A stretch of 64,000 bases of DNA. It comes from an uncultured Fibrobacterota bacterium. Its GTDB lineage: Bacteria; Fibrobacterota; Chitinivibrionia; Chitinivibrionales; FEN-1185. The stretch is from NCBI GenBank assembly GCA_963729895.1, contig CAVSQB010000005.1, forward strand, positions 128,001 to 192,000. The letters are read 5' to 3'. Positions within the stretch are counted from its first letter, which is position 1. Each line of letters starts with the position of its first letter. Both the position numbers and the translations under genes were made by a program. The notes under the pieces were generated by a model. The model was given only the letters and a program-made list of their open reading frames with translations. It did no database searches and was not told where the DNA came from. This document shows positions 9,481 through 19,500 of the stretch, piece by piece.

Positions 9481-11000
9481 TACCTTAGAGTCCCGGTGAG
9501 AATGCCCCAGGTGCTTTGTGCGCCTGCTCCCTGGAAAAGCGGCGCTGTGGCCCATAACGCATACGACGAAAAGCTCTTTTCGCAGAGCGTTGACAAGTTG
9601 GGGTCATCCGTGGAATGAAGAAAAATAACTTGGGCCGAGGACGGCGGCCTTCTTTCCGGCCACAGGGAATACTGGTTGTCGCGCGACGCGATATTGAGTG
9701 TGAAGGTCTTCGGGTGGTCCGGAAGATAAAAGCCGAACAGTGCCGCCTCCTGGTAACGATTTGCGCATATGGAAAGGAGATGGCGGGAATCGAACCGGTT
9801 TCTCTCGGCATTGATCTCCTGTGCGAGGGTTTTCCACCCGCGTGCCTGAACAGCCGGGTCGTTCTGCGGCGAAAGGGGCAAGAACGGTTTCTGGATGTGA
9901 AACAGAACAATGCCGGTGGTGATTACAGAAAAAACAGCGGAAAATACGGCGAAGCGCCTGAACCAGACCTTTCTTTCCGCATCAAGCCCTTCAAAGACGA
10001 TTGAAACGAGGATGAGGCCGCTCAGGTAGGCGCAGGCCGCCCAATTCGCCTCAACCTTTTTTTGAAGGCTTGCAAGGAGAAAGAAACAGAACGGAACGAT
10101 AAGGAATGTTAACAGAAAGGAAACCCCGCTTGCCCTTTTCCTTTTTCGCAGCAGCAGCGCGGCCGCACACACCAGAAGCGCGAACGGCGCCACGGAAAGC
10201 ACGCCTATTTGGCCGGCGATGAATTCTCCGAGCAATTCGACGTGCAGCGCCCCGTGCGTATCCACCCCGTGGGAAAACTGGAAGAGAAGCGAGAGCCAGT
10301 GGTGGGAACGGTTCCATAAAACATTGGGCGCCCATATGATCATGCCGATGCAGACGGCTGCCCATGGTTGCCAGCGTGCCAGCCAGAACCGGCGGCTTCG
10401 TGACAGTATGAGAAAACAGGCCAGGGAAGCCGGGAAAAGTACAAAGGTGTACTTCGACAACATGCCGAACCCGGCAAACACGCCCAGTGCCATCCACCAC
10501 CTGGTAGATGAATTAAATATCGCGTTATGCGCGGCGAGCAACGACAAAGACCAGAAGAGAACAAGCGGGATATCGGGCGTCGCGAGCAGGGAGCCGACTC
10601 CGAAAAGCAAGACGCAGTTTGAAAGCACCGCCCACAATACCAGTGAAGACGATTTTACAACATAGTGCTTGACCAGCAGGTACGAAGACAACGATGCAAC
10701 CATGGCGCAAACGCTCATGAGGCCCCGCACGCCAAGAACGGTTTCCCCAAACAGCGCGCGGGAAAGGGCGATGAGCCACGCCACCATGGGCGGGTGATCG
10801 AAATAGCCGAAGGCGAGGTTTCTCGACCAGTCCCAGTAGTATGCTTCGTCGGGCAGGAGCCCGAGAAAACTCGCATAGATCAGCCGGAAAGCGAACACCG
10901 CGGCGAGAATTGCGTACACCAGGACGTCCGTCCGGTTGATCGCGGGCGCGATCGCTTTGCACAGAGGGCTATTGTTTTCGGGATGACCGTTGAGCGCCAA
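9480..11000 (-). CDS. ArnT/PMT-family (GT-C) glycosyltransferase
   Basis: PDEAYYWDWS, GYFDHPP, TPD.P, LSKYT motifs; many TM segments. Confidence 0.85.
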   Translation of the reverse strand: MALNGHPENNSPLCKAIAPAINRTDVLVYAILAAVFAFRLIYASFLGLLPDEAYYWDWSRNLAFGYFDHPPMVAWLIALSRALFGETVLGVRGLMSVCAMVASLSSYLLVKHYVVKSSSLVLWAVLSNCVLLFGVGSLLATPDIPLVLFWSLSLLAAHNAIFNSSTRWWMALGVFAGFGMLSKYTFVLFPASLACFLILSRSRRFWLARWQPWAAVCIGMIIWAPNVLWNRSHHWLSLLFQFSHGVDTHGALHVELLGEFIAGQIGVLSVAPFALLVCAAALLLRKRKRASGVSFLLTFLIVPFCFFLLASLQKKVEANWAACAYLSGLILVSIVFEGLDAERKVWFRRFAVFSAVFSVITTGIVLFHIQKPFLPLSPQNDPAVQARGWKTLAQEINAERNRFDSRHLLSICANRYQEAALFGFYLPDHPKTFTLNIASRDNQYSLWPERRPPSSAQVIFLHSTDDPNLSTLCEKSFSSYALWATAPLFQGAGAQSTWGILTGTLR

Positions 11001-11236
11001 TTCGTGTTCTCGCTGGAAGGAGGGAGCCTGATAATAACTCTATCTGTTAAAGATACAACGTGGCGCAAATAAAATGCCTTTTGTTAACAAATTCAATTAC
11101 CTATTTTCCCTATTTACGGCCGGCGCGGCTTCCCGCAACCGGTTCCTCAAAGTTTCGCCGCGGACGCTGCTTCTTCACAAGAGACAATCACGGGGCGGGT
11201 GGCGGCCGCCTTACGGTTATGTTCTTCACAAAAGGC

Positions 11237-12874
11237 ATGGTGATGACCGGTGGAGTACGGGTACCAACATTGCTGCGGGCCAGGCTGTTGGTGCTCGCTT
11301 TGTGCACGGCCGTCTGGCCTCTGTCGCTGAGGACCACCGTGCTTCCGCAGGACATGCGGGAGGCCGAAATCATGCTAAAGGAAGGATCGCTTGATTCACT
11401 CGAATGGGAACTTCTGCAACCATACTATGTTCAGCCCATTGTTGTTCCGCGCGGTGAGCTTTTTCTTCTTCACGACCTGTTCGACGTTCGCATCGGGAAC
11501 CTGCCGGTCACGCAGGAACAGCTGTCGCCGTACGAACCTTGGGACGGCGCGGCGAAAGAGCGTTTCTTTGACGACTATCCGGATCTTGCGAAATACGCGC
11601 CTATTTTGTCGTTTTCACAAGTAAAGGCAAGCCGCCTGTCGAACGTCGGGCTCGGCATTGCGGTGGGCGACGACTGGAATACCACCGCCCAGTCGCGGTT
11701 TTCCCTGCAGCCCCGCCCGGCAGTTTCCGTGAGCGGAAGCCTTACCCACGGCGACTCGGCTGCCTTGTGGAAGAAACGGGGCGTCTCGTTCTCGATACCC
11801 GATATGGTTTCGGTCCAGGCGGGAAATTTTTATTTCGGGGACGATGGCGGCCTTTTTTACGGTTACTTTCCTGCCGACTCAAGCCCGCCCACCACAGCGT
11901 CGAACTGGCGTTACGGCATGTCGAGAACCTGGAACGGCATGTGCGTGCAATCCGACAGATGGAGCAATGCCCGTATTTCGGCCTTTTACCATGAACGCAC
12001 CACGGAACAGGCTGTGGGCGTATTCTGCGAGGCAGGGTCGTCGCAAGCGTTTCACGTGACAACCGGTTTGTCCCGCCTTTCGCGAGTCGAACACGGCGAC
12101 AGCAGTTTGGACGCCGACTATTTTTTTCATTGCGGACTGTCCGGCTCGGCATCCGGCTACACCTATTCGATCCATGCCGGAGCGGCCCGGAGCAATCCGC
12201 GCGTGGTGCCGCTGTCCGCGCAATGCACGCGCAAGAGCGGCGATGCCTCGGTTACCGTGCTTGTTGCCCGGCTCCCGGGGGCGCTTTCCCTCACTCGAAG
12301 CAAAATCGCTTTCGATTGCCGGAACGAGCTTGACTTGGGCGACACGGCCGCAGGTTCGGACATGACGCTTGCCGACTGCAGGACGAGGGTGAGGCTGTCG
12401 CCTGCATGCGCCACGTCGTTTTTTGTGTCCTATGTGAATGCCAAGAACCGCACGGCGATCAGCGCGGGAGCGGGCGCGTCGGGAACGGCCTTTGTGAACT
12501 ACCGGATGTCGTACTCGTATCACATGTCAACAACTGCTGCGGTGGAGAGCCATAAGGCCCTGCTTTCGGTGGAACGCGCCTTCTCACGGTTTGTAAAGCC
12601 GGGACTTTCGTGCTCCGGGTTTCTCACGAGCGCCGGGTTCGGGAGCGTCCTGGCCCGGTGTCCGGTGGAGGTGTCGTTCGCGCCCGCGCTCACCGTCACT
12701 CCCTATGCAACCTGGTACGCGGCCACCTCGCCTTCCCGGTCCGGATCGCTGGGACTCAAGGAATCGCTCAAGCTTTTCGAAAGAACCTGGTGCGAATGCG
12801 ATGTCGCAACATCGTTTGACGAACACAACAAACAGGAGTGGAATATCAATGCACGTTCGTATTTCTGTTTCTAG
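11237..12874 (+). CDS. Hypothetical exported protein, probable outer-membrane beta-barrel
   Basis: Signal-like N-terminus, amphipathic beta-strand pattern, terminal Phe; overlaps the start of the next gene. Start uncertain. Confidence 0.55.
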   Translation: MVMTGGVRVPTLLRARLLVLALCTAVWPLSLRTTVLPQDMREAEIMLKEGSLDSLEWELLQPYYVQPIVVPRGELFLLHDLFDVRIGNLPVTQEQLSPYEPWDGAAKERFFDDYPDLAKYAPILSFSQVKASRLSNVGLGIAVGDDWNTTAQSRFSLQPRPAVSVSGSLTHGDSAALWKKRGVSFSIPDMVSVQAGNFYFGDDGGLFYGYFPADSSPPTTASNWRYGMSRTWNGMCVQSDRWSNARISAFYHERTTEQAVGVFCEAGSSQAFHVTTGLSRLSRVEHGDSSLDADYFFHCGLSGSASGYTYSIHAGAARSNPRVVPLSAQCTRKSGDASVTVLVARLPGALSLTRSKIAFDCRNELDLGDTAAGSDMTLADCRTRVRLSPACATSFFVSYVNAKNRTAISAGAGASGTAFVNYRMSYSYHMSTTAAVESHKALLSVERAFSRFVKPGLSCSGFLTSAGFGSVLARCPVEVSFAPALTVTPYATWYAATSPSRSGSLGLKESLKLFERTWCECDVATSFDEHNKQEWNINARSYFCF

Positions 12875-13724
12875 TCTCGCGTCCGTTTTCGCGCTTATCT
12901 GCGTCTCCTGCACAACCCAGAACCCGTCCGGGCTGGCCGCGGGGTTCCGGTTTACCGTTGTCGATGTGGGCGAGGGGCTTTCGCAGATCGGCACTGTCGG
13001 CAGCGATGCGGTTGTGTGGGATATGGGCGATACGGGTGCGGCCGGCAACTGGATCCGGGCCTATGCGCAGGCGGGCGCCCCGTACATCCGTTCCATTGCC
13101 ATATCGCACAGTCATGCCGATCACATGGGCGGACTCAGGACGCTGCCGGACTCCATCCGCTTTTCCGGCGAAATCGTTGCCAGCGTGTTCGAGGACACGG
13201 CCTTGATACGGGAGAACTGCGGCTCGTGGGCGGCCAGGGTGCGGTTCAGAACAATCGGCCAGGGGGACACGATGGCCGATCTGAACGGCGTGTCCGTTCA
13301 ATGCATCTGGCCGCCTAAAGACCTGGCGATCACAATGCCCGTCGCTGACGATTACAAGAACACGTACAGCCTGTGTTTTATCGTCAAGTATCAATCGAAT
13401 TCGGCGCTCATAACTTCGGACATCGATACCGTTGCCGAACAGGCCCTGGCCGCGCGCTACGGGTTCTCGCTCCTGTCTGACATTATCGTTGTGCCGCATC
13501 ACGGATCGTCCGGTTCCGTCAACCCGGTTTTCTACGGATACGCCGCACCTTCGATTGCGGTGATTTCGTGCTCCGCAGACAATGACTATGGGCACCCGGC
13601 CGCAAATGTCCTTGCCATGCTGTTCCAGATGCATGTAACCTTGTACCAGACCAGCCGGGAAGGCACGATAACGGTATTCACAAACGGGTATTACTGGACG
13701 GTTTCCGGCGAGTACGCGAAATAG
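12849..13724 (+). CDS. MBL-fold hydrolase lipoprotein (ComEC/Rec2 C-terminal-like)
   Basis: DVGEG, SHSHADHMGG, N..SL, VPHHGS, AVISC..N.YGHP; lipobox-like CVSC. Confidence 0.85.
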   Translation: MHVRISVSSLASVFALICVSCTTQNPSGLAAGFRFTVVDVGEGLSQIGTVGSDAVVWDMGDTGAAGNWIRAYAQAGAPYIRSIAISHSHADHMGGLRTLPDSIRFSGEIVASVFEDTALIRENCGSWAARVRFRTIGQGDTMADLNGVSVQCIWPPKDLAITMPVADDYKNTYSLCFIVKYQSNSALITSDIDTVAEQALAARYGFSLLSDIIVVPHHGSSGSVNPVFYGYAAPSIAVISCSADNDYGHPAANVLAMLFQMHVTLYQTSREGTITVFTNGYYWTVSGEYAK

Positions 13725-13801
13725 CTTCCATGGCATGAGACCATGCTCAATGCGTGATATCCGGCACGGGGCTTCAAGCCACGGAGTTGTGCAGAAACAC
13801 G

Positions 13802-13843
13802 AAGGGCGCTCGCCCGACTCTTGCGGATGAACGCCCTTTTTCT
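13802..13843. terminator. Probable rho-independent terminator between convergent genes
   Basis: AAGGGCG...CGCCCTT stem followed by a T-run. Confidence 0.5.
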
Positions 13844-13896
13844 TATTATAGTGCGCGGAACGGTTCCGCGCTGAAAATCCGGCTAATAAAACTTTG

Positions 13897-14205
13897 TTAC
13901 CACGCGCGCTGTCCGCCTCCTCTGTTGCCTCTGAAACCGCCGCCCCCGCCGCCCCGATTTTCGGTACGCGGACGAGCCTCGTTGACGGTGAGCGGACGAC
14001 CTTTGAAATCCTTGCTGTTGAGAGCCGCGATCGCGGCCTGGGCTTCGGCATCCGTGGGCATTTCGACAAATCCGAAACCTCTCGGCCTTCCGGTGAATTT
14101 GTCTTCGATGATCGATACCGACGCGACCTGCCCGTGGGCCTCAAAAAGCTGCCGAACGTCACTCTCGCCGGCGTCGAACGACAAATTACCAACATAGATG
14201 TTCAT
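13897..14205 (-). CDS. RRM (RNP-1) RNA-binding protein with Gly/Arg-rich tail
   Basis: MNIYVGNL (RNP2), RGFGFVEM (RNP1), LTVNEARPR; GAGGTG SD upstream. Confidence 0.95.
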   Translation of the reverse strand: MNIYVGNLSFDAGESDVRQLFEAHGQVASVSIIEDKFTGRPRGFGFVEMPTDAEAQAAIAALNSKDFKGRPLTVNEARPRTENRGGGGGGFRGNRGGGQRAW

Positions 14206-14538
14206 GTGAGACACCTCTCTTGAAACTGTTGATTGAAAAGAGCCACCTGGCTCGTGGGCAAAATTGCCTTGGTGCAATATAATTTATTGCGCGAAATAAT
14301 CCAAAAAAAAGCGGGACTGACGCGGATGGGGAAAGGAAGAAGCTGGGAATCCAAATAATAAATGCATCTGGATGCTTGAGCCGGAAATAATTATAGATAA
14401 AGTTCTATTGGATAGCAGTGCCTGAAATAATAATAGACAAGGGCTATTGGATGGCTGAGCCGGGTGACCCCAAAGAAAGTTGATTTGCAAGAATCCAATC
14501 TTCTGCTGTGGGGCACCCAGAAATCGAGAGTAAGAAGT

Positions 14539-14675
14539 GGGCGTTTCCCTCGCTTTGCTCGGGTCGGCCCTCCCTCCGGGCTCGGCCGGATGGCCTCGTT
14601 GCCGGATCGCCCCTATGCCTTCGGCCGGGTCGTCCGGCAACGCGCCTTCGCGCGCCCTTCGGTCCTGCCTAACGC
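14539..14675 (+). repeat. Structured intergenic element copy A (Flavo-1-like candidate ncRNA/repeat)
   Basis: GGGCGTTTCC...GGGTCGGCC...GTCCTGCCTAACGC with internal hairpins; related copies at 25480-25624 and 48530-48619. Confidence 0.7.
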
Positions 14676-15020
14676 AAAAAGCAAGAACACAAAGGTATTC
14701 TGCATTTCCCCCTCAGTGGCGTAGCTGTGGCTGGAAGACCAGGGGCACTGGATTTGGTTTTTGATTTTGTTAGCCGGGTGTTTCTGGTGTGCGCGCAGCA
14801 GGCGTTTCGGTTTCGCCACAAGAGGCACCTCGCCGCACACGCTCGGCAATCCATAACACTATCTCGATATTGCCGCACAGAGGCGGGGTGCCCAGATTCT
14901 TATCTTGATCTTGATATCAGTACACCAGAATTATATCTTGATTTAACATGCTCAGGAAAAGGTATAATCAGTTGTACGATGACGTTTCGGGAACGCAGGT
15001 GGTCCACGAAGGGGGATGCG

Positions 15021-17000
15021 ATGAAGAAACGGATACCGGTATTTATCATGCCTTTTCTGGTACTGCTGGCCGCAGGTCCTGTCTTTTCCGTGATTGTCCC
15101 GCCTGATCGCGCTACCGATTGGACCCCAGGCGTGACCGTGGGCGTGCCCGGAGGAATTCCAAACCGGACAACAATCGGTTCCACGGTCGACGCCGCGGCG
15201 TATGGAACGGGATCAGTTGATGCATCGGCCGCTCTCGGGGCGGCAATCGACTCCTGCCCTTCCGGTACGGTCGTTTTCATACCTGCCGGCACTTACCGTC
15301 TTGACACCCGCGTCTATCGCGCCTACGCAAGCAACGTGACGATCCGGGGCGCCGGCATGGGAAAGACGGTCCTCAGGGCTACGTCGAACTCGCAAGTTCT
15401 TCTGCTGGGCACCGCCGACTGGCCGCGGGACACCTCGGGAATCGCCATCACCGGCGGCGCGACAAAAGGAAGCACGGTCCTTACGGTGGCCGACGCTTCG
15501 AGCATAACGGTGGGCAAACTGGTAAGAGTCGAGCAGAACGATCTGCCCTATGTCATCACCGGCACCGCTCCCACCACCGACTGCAAGGCGATGACCGCGA
15601 TGTTCAGGGTCACGGCAAAAACGGCGACCAGCGTAACCGTGTCGCCGGCATTGCCGATCGATTTCATGCTGTCGCCCGCGCTTGTCCAGTACGGTATTTC
15701 CCCCCTCACAGGCACCGGCGTGGAAGACCTGACCATCGACTGCAATTCGGCGGCGTGGACCGGCATCGAGTTCGACCAGTCGTGGGGATGCTGGGTAAGG
15801 AACGTGGAAATCGAGAATTCCACGGGGCGCCAGATATTCCTTGTCTGTTTTGTCAATGGAGAGATCCGGCACAACTATACGCACGACGTGGTGGGCGGAG
15901 GTCCCAACCACGAGGGCATAGACTTTTACCAGGACGGCTCCTTCAACCTGATCGAGGACAATATCGCGTACAACGGCGGGTTTCCCGGAATCATCATGGG
16001 CGACTCCAAGGGCGGCTGCACGGGAAATGTGATCGCCTACAATTTTGTATACGCGGCGAACACCGGCGACAGCACCACGGCGGGCATGGACATCAGCGCC
16101 AGCCACGGGCCCCACAACATGATGAACCTTATTGAAGGGAATATCGCCGGCGGCATGGGAAGCGACGGCTATTTCGGCTCCACAAGCCATATCACCGCGG
16201 CCCGCAACTGGTTTACAGCCACGCATCCCACCGCAACACAAAACCTGATTGCGGTGAATGTGGGAAGATGGAACAATTATTTCAATATGGTGGGCAATGT
16301 TCTCGGCACAAGCGCCTTCGCCGCAACCGGCCTGTTCCAGCCGGTAACCGCGTTCAGCTATTCAGCGCCGGTCATCTACAAACTCGGCTTCCCGAACATG
16401 GGGAACAACGGCTATTCGGAAACGTGGGGGCCCACCACGCCGCCGGACTACACGATGCAATCCGCGAATCAACCCGGCGGCGACAGCCACGGCACCGGAG
16501 GCAACACGCTGCTGGAACTCGACCTGAATGTAAAGGCCACCATGCTGCGGCACGGGAACTACGATTACCTGAACCATTCGATAGCGTGGGACTCGACGAT
16601 TTCCGATCATGCAATTTCCAGCAGCTATTTCCGGTCAAGCAAGCCCGACTGGTTCGGCAGCCTGGCGTGGCCGCCGTTTGATCCTGCATCGCCGCCGGGC
16701 GCGTTCAATGATTCCAATTTATGCAGGATCCCGGCGGGATACCGATTTGTGCACGGGAGCGATCCGGTTGCCGGGGTTGTGAGGCCGATTATGAATGCGG
16801 GGATACGGACGGGCGGGGGAAAGACCGGTATTGTTGAAATTGTGGATTTGTCTGGAAGGATTATTGCGAGACAGTACGGGAAGTTGGATGGGTTTGGAGT
16901 TCTGGAAAGGCAACGGACGATTGTGCCGGGGGTTTACTACATTAGGGTGGAAGACGGTGAGGGATGGAAGACGGTGATGAGGAGGGTGATTGTCAGGTAG
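15021..17000 (+). CDS. Secreted right-handed beta-helix (pectate-lyase-3/GH28-like fold) protein with C-terminal sorting-like domain
   Basis: Signal peptide, 'VVFIPAGTY...TIRGAG' beta-helix cap, Asn ladders, CTD-like 'DLSGR...PGVYYIRV'; paralog of 19501-21543. Confidence 0.75.
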   Translation: MKKRIPVFIMPFLVLLAAGPVFSVIVPPDRATDWTPGVTVGVPGGIPNRTTIGSTVDAAAYGTGSVDASAALGAAIDSCPSGTVVFIPAGTYRLDTRVYRAYASNVTIRGAGMGKTVLRATSNSQVLLLGTADWPRDTSGIAITGGATKGSTVLTVADASSITVGKLVRVEQNDLPYVITGTAPTTDCKAMTAMFRVTAKTATSVTVSPALPIDFMLSPALVQYGISPLTGTGVEDLTIDCNSAAWTGIEFDQSWGCWVRNVEIENSTGRQIFLVCFVNGEIRHNYTHDVVGGGPNHEGIDFYQDGSFNLIEDNIAYNGGFPGIIMGDSKGGCTGNVIAYNFVYAANTGDSTTAGMDISASHGPHNMMNLIEGNIAGGMGSDGYFGSTSHITAARNWFTATHPTATQNLIAVNVGRWNNYFNMVGNVLGTSAFAATGLFQPVTAFSYSAPVIYKLGFPNMGNNGYSETWGPTTPPDYTMQSANQPGGDSHGTGGNTLLELDLNVKATMLRHGNYDYLNHSIAWDSTISDHAISSSYFRSSKPDWFGSLAWPPFDPASPPGAFNDSNLCRIPAGYRFVHGSDPVAGVVRPIMNAGIRTGGGKTGIVEIVDLSGRIIARQYGKLDGFGVLERQRTIVPGVYYIRVEDGEGWKTVMRRVIVR

Positions 17001-18107
17001 GGAGTTGGTGAAGCGGTTGGCGAGGCAGCATAATGAGTATCATGTTTGAGTTGATATTGGATGAACCGACTGGAAAAATGTTAAATATGCCGCTTGCGTT
17101 TGAGACATTTTAAGACAAGCGAAGCCATGGATACAAGTTCGAAAGGATCACCTATGAATTTAATGTCATCAGAGTACTCTGCTGCTCTTGGCGTCTTTTC
17201 GGACTTGAATAATCGCGCAGTAACATTGGGAATTCAGGCCACAGCACTTGCTTTTCCAGCATATTTGCCGATGCTTTCATCTGCAGTGTCTGGATATTCT
17301 GAATATCTTAGGACATCTCTATCTTCATCTTCGGCACAGTATCTGCCAAGTATTGATTCATCCTCTTCGGCATATCTGCATACCGCTCGCACTGCGACCA
17401 CCGCAATTACCGGCCTAATGACGTCGGACAGCCTTATTGCTCTTACTTCTATCGGTGCCAAACAATCATCATCGTGGCTTGGAACTGTAGATCCACTATA
17501 TATTGGCTGTGCCGGAGTATTTCCAACTCGCAATCCGAGCGACTATGGAATTGCAGCCATTAGCCCATTGGTCCATTCAAACTCGGCTTTTTCTGTTCAC
17601 AATAATTACATGGTGCCCGGCGACCTGAGTGGAATCTGTGCCAGTTCTCATCTCACTAAAATGGGAGCAACTTCGCTCTTATCGGAAAGCCTTCTAGGTG
17701 GTCTTAATCCCGAGATTATCGGTTCGCAAATCAGAATAGCATCTCCGGAGCGTAAACTACTGGCGGATTCACTAACATCAATATCGTCTTCCTACGCCTC
17801 GCTTTTCGGCTCCGTAGATGCTTCCATTACAGGCTTGACTGATAGAACTCTTTATGGGATCTCTAGCGCACCCATGCAATATTATACGGCAACCGATTTT
17901 TGCCGAACAATTTCGACAGATGTTGCCCGTTCTAGAGATACAGAACTTTTTTCCAATAATGTGTTGGCCGAAACAAGACAGGCAACTATCCAAAATTTGC
18001 CACGCATAGGAAGTGACTTGTTGCCGTTGTGGGAGGGAGCAAATCGTTCTCTTGAATCGGACAATCCCGACAGGATTCGGCATTTTTCCACTTCTATTAG
18101 AGAATTA

Positions 18108-18653
18108 GTCTGCCCAATAAACCCCCAGACTCCAGTCTGGGGATGGATGGGCTGTCAAGACGATGTGGACAACAACGTATTTTGAGTAAATGAGATTTCG
18201 GAAGGGCACCCATTGCGTATACAGAACAGAATACCACATCGTCTTGACTCCTCGATATCGTCGTCGGATATTCGTGACAGGGGTGAAAGAATATTTGGAA
18301 AAGGTACTGAAGCATCTTGATGGGATGGACGACGATATCGAGGTAATCCGGGCCAATGTCCAGCTGGACCATGTACACATGGTGGTAATGATTCCGCCGC
18401 GGATATCTGTCGCAAGCGTAGTGCAGTTCGTGAAATCGCGGACGGGGAAATTACTGCCGGAGCGATTTCCAAGCATAGGGAAGGCGATACGCGGCGGCGG
18501 AATCTGGTCGCGCGGGTACTGTGTTTCAACCATAGGACTTGACGAGAGAACGATCATAAGCTACGTTGAACACCAAGGACGTGAAGATTGTGGCGCTATC
18601 CAGCTGGATCTTGGCCTGGAATAATGCCGCCGACTCCTGTCGGCGGTCTTTTA
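18108..18653 (+). mobile_element. IS200/IS605-family element (tnpA only), about 546 bp
   Basis: Left hairpin CCCCAGAC-TCCA-GTCTGGGG, right hairpin GCCGCCGAC-TCCT-GTCGGCGGT, no TIRs. Boundaries are ambiguous by a few nt because TTA flanks both ends. Confidence 0.85.
18190..18624 (+). CDS. tnpA: IS200/IS605 Y1 (HUH) transposase
   Basis: YHIVLTPRYRR, DHVHM (HUH), WSRGY, Y..HQ catalytic Tyr; 144 aa. Confidence 0.95.
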   Translation: MRFRKGTHCVYRTEYHIVLTPRYRRRIFVTGVKEYLEKVLKHLDGMDDDIEVIRANVQLDHVHMVVMIPPRISVASVVQFVKSRTGKLLPERFPSIGKAIRGGGIWSRGYCVSTIGLDERTIISYVEHQGREDCGAIQLDLGLE

Positions 18654-19024
18654 CTCACCCATGTTATTCACCGTCTTGCGCCTGATGAGAGCATTCGAAA
18701 ATGGAATGCTGACCCTCATTTGTATCACGAAAACAGGCCTACGCGCCAAGCAAGATTGCTTTATATTTCGCGCGACATTAACCATAAGCCTTTGGAGGAT
18801 TTCATTAGGAAAGACGTTTCTTCCACAATTGAATTCATTAATGTTTTCCAAAACGCAACGCACAGCATAGCCTCATCATTGACAGAGAAACAATTGTTAG
18901 CCCTCAAAGCACGCGCTGAGGCTACTATCAATTATTTAATCGAACTTGCTATGCCTGAATCATGATCATAATGTGATTTGTAGCAATACAAATCAAACTC
19001 AAATAATCCCCTGGAGAACCAGAA

Positions 19025-19396
19025 ATGCCCAATCAACCCCTCATCAAATGGCTTCCCGAACCCGAAGACCACGACTATCCCGCCGCCCTGTCGTACCTGT
19101 CCCTTCTCTACGACAAGCAGACCCGCGAAGCCTGTGTAAAGAAGCTCAAACGAAAGTCGATTTCAGAATTCAAAGCAAAGGACATTTTCAGGGCGTCCAG
19201 TTTGTCCCTGCTCGGAATCAGCAATGCTCATGTCGAGGGCGACCGGAAGAAGATACAGATGGGGCAGGGGTTGTCGCCGCTCCTTCTGGTCCGCGATCCC
19301 GGCAACGGAAGAGTGGTCATTGCGGACGGATATCACCGGTTATGCGCGGTTTATTCCTATGATGAAGATGCGGTAATTCCATGCAAAATTGTATAG
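19025..19396 (+). CDS. Small ParB/sulfiredoxin-like domain protein
   Basis: 'SPLLLVR...VIADGYHRL' ParB-like motif; 123 aa; GGAG SD. Confidence 0.65.
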   Translation: MPNQPLIKWLPEPEDHDYPAALSYLSLLYDKQTREACVKKLKRKSISEFKAKDIFRASSLSLLGISNAHVEGDRKKIQMGQGLSPLLLVRDPGNGRVVIADGYHRLCAVYSYDEDAVIPCKIV

Positions 19397-19500
19397 CACC
19401 TTATGGCGGGAAGTTATTTCTTTGGCAAGACTCATGATAAGGTGTGTGTACGGACCTCATTAATCAAGGCATCTGCATCCCTTTTTCAAAGGAGACCACA

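Larger units (their letters stand above)
17127..18965 (+). pseudogene. Low-GC gene with C-terminal predicted pPIWI-associating nuclease (pP_pnuc_1-like) domain, interrupted by an IS200-type element
   Basis: 'GANRSLESDNPDRIRHFSTSIREL' before the IS continues in the same frame as 'THVIHRLAPD...PTRQARL.YI...ATH' after it. Removing 546 bp restores a ~430-aa ORF. Confidence 0.75.

Noticed and set aside
12846..14195. 449-aa minus-strand ORF
   Set aside because: Overlaps the RRM gene in another frame and is antisense to the MBL gene.
18105..18107. TTA on both sides of the IS200 element as a target-site duplication
   Set aside because: IS200/IS605 elements do not make TSDs; more likely similar left and right cleavage motifs that blur the boundary.
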